NCBI GenBank assembly: GCA_964016885.1
Contig: OZ024741.1
Span: 229,710,001 to 229,774,000 of the forward strand
Origin: Eledone cirrhosa
Lineage: Eukaryota
DNA length: 64,000 nucleotides
Direction of reading: 5' to 3'
The notes under the pieces are model-generated. The model worked only from the letters and a program-made list of their open reading frames with translations. It was not told where the DNA came from and did not search any database. Below are positions 1 to 14,948 of this stretch, piece after piece (the first letter of the stretch is position 1; every line of letters starts with the position of its first letter). Position numbers and translations under genes: made by a program.

Positions 1-225
1 TGTTTTTTAGCCTTCATATCATGTTCTCCTGTTTTATCTGATGAAAACACAAATATTATTGCTTGATGATGTTTGTTTTTGAAATGCGCATAATAAAATA
101 TATGGAACTCCTTTAACCATCTTTTGATCTTATATTATGCATACTCCAGTCCCACAAACTGTAGAGTGCTTCTTATCCGATATCTGCATTGCTTTATTGT
201 ACTACAATAAAACTCACCTCCTACA
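1..225 (+). repeat. 3' end (pLTR-like terminus) of a dispersed repeat, probably PLE-derived
   Basis: GCTTTATTGTACTACAATAAAACTCACCTCCTACA (191-225) recurs at ~62652-62686 and in reverse complement at ~52765-52799, next to a GIY-YIG fragment; it always abuts (TA)n. Confidence 0.5.
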
Positions 226-422
226 TATATATATATATATATATATAACTATCCAGTGAATTTCCAACCGATAAGGTATGATTTTCATGGGTACGTCTCT
301 ATTTATAAAACAAACTTTGTATTTTATCTGATGAAAGCGTGCCAATGTTGTCTTGGTACCCTTGAAATATATATAATAAAATAAATATGGTTTTATAAAT
401 ATAGTTACCATTTATTTAATAT

Positions 423-475
<53 letters not shown>

Positions 476-659
476 TATGTAAGTGTATGTATATATGTCT
501 CCCTATCTATCTCCCCCTCTCTCTCACATTATATATAAATACACACACACATATATGTGTGTGTGTGAGTGTGTGTGTTTGAGTATGTATATATACATAT
601 AAATATGTATATATATATATATATATGTGTATATATGTATATATATATAAATGGAATAG

Positions 660-990
660 AATGAAACGAAATTTCATTTCTCACTCTTAGTACGGCACTT
701 ACTTAAATGTAAGTGTGTACGTATGTATACGTACATACATATATGTATACAGACGTACAGTAGTATGTATATATATACATACATGCACACATATATATAT
801 GCACGTATCGGTTTACCGAACATTTATTATAATGCTCTGTTTGTTTGTAAACAAACAAACAGCCCGAATTACGCCGTACAGTGTTTAGGCAACCACGTCA
901 CCTTTTTGTTCAACACTGATACAGGAACGATGTACTAGTTTCAAGCTTATTAGCTATTGTCAGCATCGTATACTTTCCTGCCAGATGGTT
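660..990. repeat. Dispersed ~330-bp repeat, copy 1
   Basis: Aligns by eye with 49725-50035 (aaacgaaatttcattt...ttcctgccagat). Confidence 0.75.
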
Positions 991-1099
991 GAACGTCTGA
1001 AAGTATATACTTTCCTTATGCATATTAACGGCTGAGCAGCCTAATTTGCATATCGAGTGAGTTCAGTCGGCCGGGCGCACCGAAAACGATAAATGGATT

Positions 1100-1640
1100 T
1101 AGAATCTTAGAGCTTATTTTGCGGGTGATATGGCGCGTGTCTTTCTGGCATGACACCCATAATTTTGATTATCTTAATTTGGGATATAGATATATAAATA
1201 CGGCTCCTTAATTGTAGAGCCAACTCTGTTGAAAGGATTTGACTGCTGTTTCTAGTTGTCGATAACCCTATTCACGCCACTGTGACGAAGCTGGTATGAT
1301 GTGTTTATTTCTAGTAGATACAGCATGTGTTGCTGGCCAGTCGCTGATTTGAACTTAAAGTGTAAACATAGATCGCTAGACTTATTCCTTGTTGAAAATC
1401 CAAGTACCGGCCTCCATGTTTTACCATTCGATTAATTGGTGAAATATATTTCTTTAATGGAATATATACAGGGAAGATTAATCATATTATAAGGTATCTA
1501 TTTTTGAAGTTCTGGTTAACTTTATTTAGTTACCTACCTAGCTATGTGTGCTTACACACTTGTAAAAATTATCTCCTGTGATTATTCATGTTTATTTATA
1601 TGTTAATCAATTTCTAGTTATTATATATATATATATATAT
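1100..1640. repeat. ~540-bp repeat, inverted relative to 7020-7570
   Basis: Reverse complement of 7020-7570, roughly 90% identical by eye; a third partial copy lies at 7592-7730. Confidence 0.85.
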
Positions 1641-1847
1641 ATAAGAACAAAGTGGAGATGTTACATAGGAAATTTATGGCTTAATCCTGATTGCAAATGT
1701 TCCCCCAAGCTGCTCGCTTGTGATCTTGGATATCACCCCCAGACCACACTTCTGTCCTACGCCTTCTTGTTTTTTGTGTGACACACAATAACAAGATGGC
1801 GTAGCACAGAACAAAACAGAGGCACAAAATAAAGTAAAGAATCCCCA

Positions 1848-1890
1848 GTCACTGAAGAGGTCACATAATGTGTGACGAAAGAAGTTTGAC
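1848..1890 (+). ncRNA. Minimal type I hammerhead ribozyme (pLTR copy, stem III variant)
   Basis: GTCA-CTGAAGA-G-GTCACA(TAATG)TGTGAC-GAAA-GAAGTT-TGAC. Confidence 0.6.
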
Positions 1891-2247
1891 AATATATGAA
1901 CCATCGGTTATAGAACCAACCAACCAACCAACCAACCGGAAATTTATAATAAATTGAAGTGAAAATACCTGGTGCGTGTGTTTCTTATTGGCAACATGAC
2001 CCTCCCAAAGTATAACAATATATATATATATATATTTCGTTTCTGAATTTGTTTAGCAAGATTCTTTATCTGAAAACGTGTGTTAAAACCGATATTATTA
2101 TGCTTTGGGAGGGTCATGTTGCCAATAAGAAACACATGCACCAGTTGCTTTCACTTCAATTTATTAGAAATTAAATTTATAAATTTAGGAATTTATAAAT
2201 TTCCGGTTGGTTGGTTGGTTCCACAACCAGACGATTGTTCATATATT

Positions 2248-2288
2248 GTCAAAGTTCTTTCGTCACACATTCTGACCTCTTCAGTGAC
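2248..2288 (-). ncRNA. Minimal type I hammerhead ribozyme in PLE 3' pLTR
   Basis: Minus strand GTCA-CTGAAGA-G-GTCA(GAATGTG)TGAC-GAAA-GAACTT-TGAC; sense to the ORF. Confidence 0.7.
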
Positions 2289-2477
2289 TGGGTATTCTTT
2301 TCTTTGTTTTTGTGTCTCTCCTTTTTTCTGTCCTACGCCATCTTCTTTTTGTTGTGTGCTTAGTTTGCGCATGTGTTACACCCGAGGGTCTGTGTGTGTT
2401 TATATTTGTTTATTTATTTGTTTATTTACACGTTACTGGTTGTTTGTTCTATGTGTGTGTGTGTTTTCATTTTGTCC

Positions 2478-5811
<3,334 letters not shown>

Positions 5812-6089
5812 ATTTATACCGTCAATTTTGTCGGGATATCTATCGATATTCTCTAAAGTATCTTGATTTAGTTTTATCTGTTTGAGCCACTTTAGTTTCT
5901 TGTTAAAGTGCTTGTCACATTCTTGAACAATGTACTTTTCTTCAATGTACTTTTCTAATGTACTTTTCTAATGATACAAATGGGACCTGCCCCTTGTATA
6001 GGAGCAAATCTTGAAATAGAATAGAAAGAACTAGGAATAAGGTTAATAGAATAAACTCATGGTATGATAGCAATAAATACCAGAGTGTA

Positions 6090-6623
6090 ATGTTCATCGA
6101 TACAACCCCTAGAGGTGAATTAGCTTACAAATTTAGAAGGGGCCTAGATAAACATAAACTCAATATTAAGATAGTAGAAAGACCAGGTACCTCCATAAAA
6201 ACACTCATTAAGAATACATACCCTTTTCAAATACCTCCCTGTATAGATAAGAAATGTATAATCTGTAAACTAAGCCCCCTTATTACCTGTAAAACTAGAA
6301 ATGTAGTATATATCATAAGATGTTCTGGAGGACAATGTAGAGATAAGAATATAGTGTACATAGGTGAGACAGCTCGTAGTATAGGGGAACGGATAAATGA
6401 ACACTGGCGAGAGCTTCAAGATAGTAAAGAATCATCTGTACTCTACCAACATGCTAAAATAGAACATAAGGGTAAATTAGAGAACATAGAAATAAAAATA
6501 GAATCTACACACAGAAAAGACGCAATGTTTAGACAAATCATAGAGGCAATAAACATAAATGAACTCCAACCAAAATTAAATAGAAAACATGAATGGAATA
6601 GCAACATCACAACTTACAATTAA
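6090..6623 (+). pseudogene. Inverted duplicate of the PLE GIY-YIG domain (part of the pLTR)
   Basis: 177-aa ORF nearly identical to the C-terminus of 2478..3260. Confidence 0.9.
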
Positions 6624-6817
6624 GGACAAAATTGAAAACACACACACACATAGAACAAACAAACAACCAGTAACATGTAAATAAACAAATAAATACACAA
6701 ATATAAACACACACAGACACCCGGGAGTAACACATGCGCAAACTAAGCACACAACAAAAAGAAGATGGCGTAGGACAGAACAAAGGAGAGGCACAAAAAC
6801 AAAGAAAAGAATCCCCA

Positions 6818-6860
6818 GTCACTGAAGAGATCACAGAATGTGTGACGAAAGAACTTTGAC
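6818..6860 (+). ncRNA. Minimal type I hammerhead ribozyme in inverted pLTR
   Basis: GTCA-CTGAAGA-GATCACA(GAATG)TGTGAC-GAAA-GAACTT-TGAC; stem I GTCA/TGAC. Confidence 0.7.
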
Positions 6861-7019
6861 AATATATAAACAATCGTCTGGTTGTGGAACCAACCAACCG
6901 GAAATTTATAAATTCCTAAATTTATAAATTTAATTTCTAATAAATTGAAGTGAAAGCAACTGGTGCATGTGTTTCTTATTGGCAACATGACCCTCCCAAA
7001 GCATAACAATATATATATA

Positions 7020-7726
7020 TATATATAATAACTAGAAATTGATTAACATATAAATAAACATGAATAATCACAGGAGATAATTTTTACAAGTGTGTAACCA
7101 CACATAGCTAGGTAGGTAACTAAATAAAGTTGACCAGAACTTCAAAAATAGATACCTTATAATATGATTAGTCTTCCCTGTATATATTCCATTAAAGAAA
7201 TATATTTCACCAATTAATCGAATGGTAAACCACGGAAGCGGATACTTGGATTTTCAACAAAGAAGAAGTTCCAGCGATCAGTGTTTACACTTCAAGTTCT
7301 AATCAGCGACTGGCTAGCAATACGTGCTATATCTACTAGAAATACACACATCATACTAGCTTCGTCCCAGTGCCGTGAATAGGTTTATCGATAACTAGAA
7401 ACAACAGTCGAGTCCTTTCAACAGAGTTAGCTCTACAATTAAGGAGCCGTATTTATATATCTATATCCAAAATTAAGATAAATCAAATGAATTTAATCTA
7501 AATCAAAATTATGGGTGTCATGCCAGAAAGACATGCACCATATCACCTGCAAAATAAGCTCTAAGATTCTAACGAGTAGGTCCGAGCATTTTATAATAAC
7601 TAGAAATTGATTAACATATAAATAAACATGAATAATCACAGGAGATAAAGTTTACAAGTGTGTAACCACGCATAGGTAACTAAATAAAGTTGACTAGAAC
7701 TTCAAAAATAGATACCATATAATATG

Positions 7727-7730
<4 letters not shown>
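7020..7730. repeat. Partner of the 1100-1640 repeat plus a partial tandem copy
   Basis: ataactagaaattgattaac... starts at ~7028 and again at ~7596. Confidence 0.85.
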
Positions 7731-7761
<31 letters not shown>

Positions 7762-8080
7762 TGTATATATATAATTAATATAACATAAAATACATAACTT
7801 AAAAATAATTTAAACGAAGAAAACATATTTGAACATATTTGAAATATATATTTATATTTTATTTCATGATACTACAGGTATATTTGATGTTGCAGGTATA
7901 TATGATATTGTAGGTATATTTTCCTTCATTTATTTTTCGATTTTTAAAAACGAGGTAATAACAAACAAATGCTCGATTTGTTTCTGTCGATCTCGTTATA
8001 ACGAATTTTTCGTTACAACGAATTTATTTATACTCTGTGAATTTTGTTATAACGGATTTTTACTGCATATATATATATAT

Positions 8081-8860
8081 ACTAGCAGAGGTACCCGGCG
8101 TTTCTCGGGTATTAAATAGCAGTCATGTATAGCATTCATGTCAATATTTCAGTGCTGTTTCGAAAACTATACTTGTACAAAATCAACGGCTTTTTCCAAA
8201 CGGGGGTTCCTGCTCCCAGGGGTCTCCTACTCAATATGTACCAATTCTGAGTGTTTAAATGCATCTGTAGAACATACGTAGCCCATGTGTCAAGTTTGGT
8301 GAAAATCGGTTTCGAACTCCAGACTTTATGACGTTTTGTTGCATTGCACCGCATTGCTTCAGTCGACTTCAAGGAAGCGGTTAAACGGAGTATCTGCCCC
8401 CGGGGGGGGCCTATAATCAATATCTGGAAACATGAAGTGCCCATAACCATCCGGAGTACATAGGTAATCTATGTCTTAAATACAACGCTGTTCGTAGTTT
8501 TCTAACGCTCTTGCTGTCCTTTACGTTCAGCATCTTGCGATCGTCTAATTGCAGCCTCCACTGACGATTCATTTGCTTTTCTTCTTTTCCTTCTCGCAGC
8601 TTTCGTCGTTTTTCGACCAATGGCGAATCTCTTCCTTGGAGGCATTATCAACGGAAAGAGGACGTAACACACTACGATAAGTAAAATGTTAACCGACAAT
8701 TATTTAATTTCGCACATGTGACGTGATTGTCACGGTGATCCAGAGACAGCTTTCGTCCGACTAGGGGCCGCATTAGACAAAAACTTGAGAATTTTATGAG
8801 TCCACAACAGTTCTGGGAACATAACGCATATTTGTTCCAAATTTGAAGAAATGGGTTGCT
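8081..8860 (-). mobile_element. Helitron remnant (3' terminus and N-terminal ORF relic)
   Basis: Minus strand ends with hairpin ACCCG(AGAAACGC)CGGGT, then ACCTCTG-CTAG|T; basic ORF relic MPPRKRFAIGRKTTKAARRKRRKANES resembles Helitron RepHel N-termini. Confidence 0.7.
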
Positions 8861-8867
8861 TAATGGG

Positions 8868-11800
8868 TTTAATGGGTTGTTTAATACCCCGTCGATAGAA
8901 CAACTCTCAACTCCAGGAGCGTGTTGTGCAAGTGCTCCTTTCTTCCTTTTGCTCTCGTCTTTAACCTACAGGCTTATAAACAGACAAGGCCCAATCACTC
9001 GGGCCATTTTCGCTTCATTCACCCACCTTTCAGTAAATTTACTGGGGTGCAGTGCCTCTCTCTCCACCCTGATTCTCCTTCTAAAGTGATACTTAAAGAA
9101 GGGAATCAATTGTTGTCCGGAGAGAAAGGCATCTGTCCTCAGTCCTCTCAATCTCGTCCACTATATAACTTCTTTCACCATAGCCACTGTACAGAGGAAA
9201 ACCGCTTCTCTTTCGTTTTTTAAAGAGGCTGGCGGTTTGATCCTTACTATGGACTCGGCAGTCAAATGGATTTGTCCCATACGCGACAGCAGTTGTTCTG
9301 CATAGTTCCACAGGTCGGTTACGCCCAGGCAGTGTACAATTGCGTGCAGGACTGTTTCAATGTCCTGCGCACATGTTGGACACGTCCTCTTGGAAGGATC
9401 CCTGCCGAGGCGTCCGTGCCTGTAGATCTTGTCACGAACCGGTAGAGCTCCTCGGTAGCACTGCCAGGCCAGGGACCTCTGGAAGTTGTCCATAGGTCCC
9501 GGGCAGAAAGTCCTACCAATCAGACAGGTGAGCTCATCGTCTTCGACGCCCAGAGTCTCTCCGAGCACGTCGTCGCCCTTGTAACGTAAAATCCCTCTAT
9601 AGAATATCGAAGTGGAGTCTCCACTGATTGCTGCGCTCGCTTGCCAGAGGACTGTGAGCGTCTGAGCGCATTCAATGTGCCAGGCGCCCATCGTTTTCGA
9701 TCTTTTCTTGACTCAGCACTGCAGCTGTGGGAAAACCTGTCTCACAAACGGTGCCCACACCGGTTGGGGGTCGGTGAGAAATACCTGGAGATGCCGCAGC
9801 CTGAACGCATGTTTGCACATCATCATCCACGGCATTTCCAGCCCTCCGTTGGAAGGGTGCTGACAGCAGACGGATCTCCTCACCAGCGGAGCCTGCTTCT
9901 TCCACAGAAACTGGAAGAGCATGCGTTCCATCTTGGCAAGGTGTTCACGGGGACAAGGCACGACAGTCAAGCGGTAGTAGATGACGGACGCTATGAAAGT
10001 GGTCGCCACCTCCGCTCGACACTTCAAGGACAGTTTGCACTCTGCCCATTTCTGGGTGAGCGCAAACACCTTGGCCGTGACCTCATTCCAGTTTTCTCCA
10101 CCTGGAGGTCTGGACCGAACCAGACCCCGAGCAATTTCACCGGTCCGTCCGTCCAGCGTCCAACGACGCTGGCGGACGTCATCGGTTTGCTTCTCCACGT
10201 ACCGAGTTGCAAACCGACAGACTTGTCCGGGTTTAGATTTGCTCCCGTCAGCGTTTCGTATTCTTTCAGTAAGTTGCCGATCACCCCGATTTCCGAGGTA
10301 CTCGACACCATTACCGTCACGTCGTCGACATAAGCCGACGCCGCTTTGCGCAGTCCCGGTTCTAGAGGGATGCACTGCAACAGCTCCAATTTCCGCAGTA
10401 GTGGCTCTTGAGTCAATATATACAGAATGGAGGAGAGAGGGCACCCCTGTCGAATGGAACGCGTGATTGCGAACGGCTCCGAGAGGTAGCCGTTCACCTT
10501 GACCCTCGAGCAGATGCTGGTGTGCATCGCTTCGATCCAGCCTCTGAAAACAGGACCGAAAACGGCCGCCTTGAGAACCGCTTCCAAGTATCGATGGTTG
10601 ACCCTATCGAATGCCTTAGACTGATCCAAATTGATCAGAGCCCCACCGAAGCCGGGTTTACTACCCATCCTCTCTATGATGTATCGCATGAGGTGGAGGT
10701 TGTCTGTATAGACCTGGTCCGGATTGCATACGTTTGCGCTTTCCCTACCAGGTTCTCGACGACAAGCGCCAACCTCGTCGCTAGCACCTAGGTCAAAATC
10801 TTTAACGCTGTGTTGAGCAGAGTTATGGGCCTGAAGTTGTTAATTTCGTCCCCCTTGTTCTTGTCTTTCCTGATCAGCGTTATAACGCCCTTGCCTGCAG
10901 AACCGGGAATTCTCCCGTTCTGCTGCCAATTGCAGTAGACGGCTTCGAGGACGCTAGAGAACAAGTCCGGCATGCCTATGTAAAACTCATAGGGTAGACC
11001 ATCTAGACCGGGTCACTTGCGTTTCCTGCAGCGGCCCAAAGCGTCCCGTATCTCAGTGTCCGTGATCGGTCTTTCGCAGAATTCGGCGTGGGTGTTCGAG
11101 AGACGCGGCAGGACGTCGAGGTATGAATTAAAGTCCATTGCCCCGTTCGGCTCACCGTCGTTCTGCTCAAACAGTGGCGCAAAGTGCTGCTGAAAGGCCG
11201 CGCACATTTGCGTGGGGTCAAGTAGCACGCGTCCGTTTTGGTCTTTCAAAGAACGAATCGTGGACTTGTTGCCACCTTTTGCCTCCGCCACTCGGGCCCA
11301 GCTGACAGCTTTCGCTCCTTCGTTTCCTAGAGCACGTGTTTTGCTTCTGACCACGCAACCTTCGTGTTTCGCATCGAAGAACTGGTCCAGTGCCGTTCTC
11401 GACGCTAACACTCTAGCCGCGTTGCCACTTCTAAGTGCCTCCTCTACCTTGGCTACTAGTTCTCTTTCTATTTTGTTTTTCTGCTAAACGCTATCGATTC
11501 TATTCTAATTGCTTTCTTGAGAGAGTACCACCATTTATTGTTGACGATGGCTCCCGTTAACTGTTGCTTGACTAGTCTACTTATCCGTTCACTGTAAGCT
11601 TCACATGCCGGCAACGGCACATTCAGCTTCCAGTATCCGGGTCCCTGTCTGTGTGTTCTATCCTGGTTGACTAAGCAGACGACTAATTTGTGATCTGAAT
11701 AGGCAACCATGTGCATTCATGGACAGCTTAACATCTCCTTGTCCCTTTCTCTAATGAAGAACCTATCTAAATACGATCTAGATATCCCGCTGAAGTTTGC

Positions 11801-14542
11801 CCACGGCCACTGTGGTGCAGTCGGGAAATCCAGTCGATACCTATCGGCCAGTTGGAATTGGCCGATTAAAGTTTTGAGGCTGTTGAATCCCCCCTCTACT
11901 GTGACATGCTCCCACATAGTCCCATCGTGCATCTAGGATACCATTCCAGTCGCCCACTAAAAGTAAGGAGCGAGACGTTGCCAGAAAAGACTCTAGACGC
12001 TTAAAGAAGTCTGGCCGTGATTGCGATTGCCCGGTCGTGGCATAAACGGCCACCAGTCTGAAGGCTCCCCTTCCAATACTGTTCACGTCTAGGACTACCA
12101 GTCTACCCTCCGGGTCCAAGTGTACTTGCTGTATTTCTACGTCCAGGTACTTCCGAAACATGACAGCCACTCCGCCTCCACCTCCTGGCTGACAGAGAGA
12201 TGCGTAGATCTCAAAGTCGTCGAAGATGGGGGTTAGTTGCTGTCTGTTGTGGATCCTGGACTCGGTGATGGCTATCACATCCATACCGTGTGACCTAAGG
12301 TCGTTTAAAAGTTGGCCCTGCTTCCAAGGCATCCCTAGGCCACGCACATTCACGCTTCCAACTCGTAAACTAGCCATGTTGGTGAAGAAGAGTTGGAGAA
12401 AAAGGACGAAAAGGTGCACTTACCTTTTAGTTTCCTGGAGATCGAGCTGTTCAATATCCATTTGAGTGCTGTATGGGGTGTTGGGTGGGGTGGGGAAACA
12501 TTTTAACAGGACACCGTTGATGGGTTTCTGGCAGGGGTTGCCCACGTTCTGTTGAAAATTAATTTTTTAGGTCACTATAGGTTTCCATAGAAACCCTTAT
12601 AAGTTTAAGGTGTGGAGATGATTCTGCTTTCACGAAAGTTTTGCCCTCCGTCTCCACCTTGGGGTTTTGGGAGATAACCTCCATCAGACTCTTGGTGTTT
12701 GTGTTGATATATGCGTATTGTTGTTTGTGCTTTTGTTGTGTTGTTTTAGTTTGTTGTTCGTCTGGGAGTTTTGTTTTTATGGTGGGTGCTTGTGTTTGGG
12801 GTGGTGTTGGAGTTGGTTTTGCTGATAGAGGGATGTTTGACTGTGGTGTTGTTTGTGTTGTTATTTGTGTCTGTGGTTGGGTGTTGGTGTTGGTGATTGG
12901 AGTTTTGGGAGATTTGTGATGTCTTTTTTTTGTTTTTTAGATTTCCGAGGCTCTACCTTTTCTTCACTTAAAGAAGGAGAAGCAGCCTCATCTGTTAATG
13001 AATAATCATCGTCAGGAGTGTGGGGTAGGGGTATGTTGTGTGTGGGTGGGTGTGTGTGTGTGTGGGGGTCGGTGTGTGTGTTTGTGGTAGTGTTTGATGG
13101 AGTGGGATGGGTGGGGCTGTGTTCTTCAGGGGTGTTGTCTGTGTTTTTTCTGTTGTTGTTGGTTGAGTGGCTGTTTGTTTTGATGTGTTTGCTCGTTTCG
13201 TCTGTCGTTGTACTTGTGGTGGTGGTGGTTTTGGTGTTGGGGTTGGTAATAGTGTTTTTTTAATGATGTTGTTGTGGTGTGTTTGTGAAAGACAGGAGGC
13301 TTTTGGGTGTGCTGTGCTACCACAGCGAAAGCAATGAAATTTACACCCTTCTACCGAAAAGTTTATTTTGTTGTTGTCGTCGATGACGACTTTTACGGGT
13401 ATTTTGGAGATTCTCTCCGGCCTCATTTACATCAGAATTTCCAAATCAATACCGCCCACCTTTGTCTAATAGACTTTCGTATTGAAAGAATCATATCAGT
13501 CTCTGGCTCTACGAAGCCAGCCAAGATCCACCAGATGTTAATGTTTGGTGGTATATTTTTTATTCTTATTTTTTGTGTCCTTTTTCCCATGTACGTAGGG
13601 AAAAAGGTGAATGCTTTTGACACCATTGGTGTCACAGAATGTTTTTGGGCTAGTGCCTCGCTTTTAAACTGTACGGAAACACTTCCGTACTGTTTTCCTC
13701 GTTGGAGAAAGTCAATATTGGCTATAATTTCCTTCAAGGTAACTTCTATATCTCCTTGACTAACCAATATTGGCTTTCTCGTTGTGTTGGAGACAGTCCT
13801 AAAGGTCACTGTCCTTCGAACTGTCTCTTCTTTTATTTCGAGGGGTAAGTTAATTCTAAACCCACCCTTGTCTTCAAAAGTTGCAAATTTTCTCCCATGC
13901 TGGGTATATCTCTTGCATTGTAGATGTCAAAATTTATAAAATCTTGTTTTTTCTTCACTGTTTCAGCGAAAGACATTTTTCTTTGCGTGGTGTTGCTGTT
14001 GTTGTTGTTATCGTTGTTAGCCTCGGTGTTGGAAATCTCAATTCCTTGACGAGGTGAGACTTTATGTGTAGATGTATCTGTGGAGTTGTTGATGTTGTCT
14101 TTTTCATGTGTATGTATGTTAATAGGTTTAATTCCTGTGTTTTCCTGTGTGTTATTGTTATTTTCTCCCCTTCGATGGTAGAAATTTTTAAATCTTCAAG
14201 TGGTAATATTTTTTTCTCTTTGTTGACAGTCGTATCTATGGCGACGTCCATAGTAGCAGAAGCAGATATAACGCTAATATCTGCCTCTTTACCTCTCTTC
14301 TCTCTGTCGACGTTCCCTAGCGTTCTTTTCGAGTTTTTCATGTTACATAGTTGGCAAAATATGATTTTAAAAAAAAATCTTTAAATTAAATTTTCGCCCC
14401 TAAATGGGCGAAAAATAGGATTACCACCCAGCTGACAATTCAGCTTGGGGGTTAATCTACAAGATGATATGTTTTTTCAAACAATTTGTTCTGTTTTTCG
14501 TATATAAATTTACAAAAAATCTTTCGCGTCAGGCAGACAAAG
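8868..14542 (-). mobile_element. L1/Tx1-clade LINE copy A1 (near full length, disrupted; 3' tip deleted)
   Basis: 5'UTR next to (GATA)n; ORF1 pieces with CFRCGSTAHPKASC knuckle; ORF2 pieces with APE (NVRG, GDWN, SDH), RT (DQSKAFDRV, YVDD) and CPTC...H...C. Confidence 0.95.
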
Positions 14543-14544
14543 AA

Positions 14545-14633
14545 ATAGATAGATAGATAGATAGATATATTTCTTTATTAGCCACAGGGGCACAAAAGAA
14601 GGGGACAAATACAAAGGGGGAAGTTTACATACA

Positions 14634-14702
<69 letters not shown>

Positions 14703-14735
14703 GAGGGAGATAGATAGATATATAGATAGATAGAT
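14545..14735. repeat. (GATA)n tract containing a ~65-bp L1 3'-terminal fragment (14570-14635)
   Basis: ttctttattagccac...tttacata duplicates the LINE 3' end at 14736-14795. Confidence 0.9.
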
Positions 14736-14948
14736 TTCTTTATTTACCATAAAGGCATAAAAAGAAGGGACAAATACAAAGGGGGAGTTTACATATAATC
14801 GAGTAAAAAGGGTGTAACATGAAAATAATCGAAAATAACCTCAAAAGGGAGGGGACGTGATGGGGGTTGCACACACCCCCGAAAAAGTGTGCAATCCTTT
14901 GCCCGGGAGCACATGGAGAAGGTGCTCCCCTCTCCTTTACTTCTTTAC

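Noticed and set aside
55-100. Hammerhead-like TTGATGA...GAAA-TGCGCA-TA
   Set aside because: Core C3 and stem II are degenerate
1040-1100. Octamer ATTTGCAT with a GC patch as an snRNA promoter
   Set aside because: Single short motif with no recognisable snRNA downstream
9641-10466. Long antisense ORFs over LINE ORF2 (also near 22306 and 35852)
   Set aside because: Expected shadows of GC-rich coding sequence; boundaries are not conserved between copies
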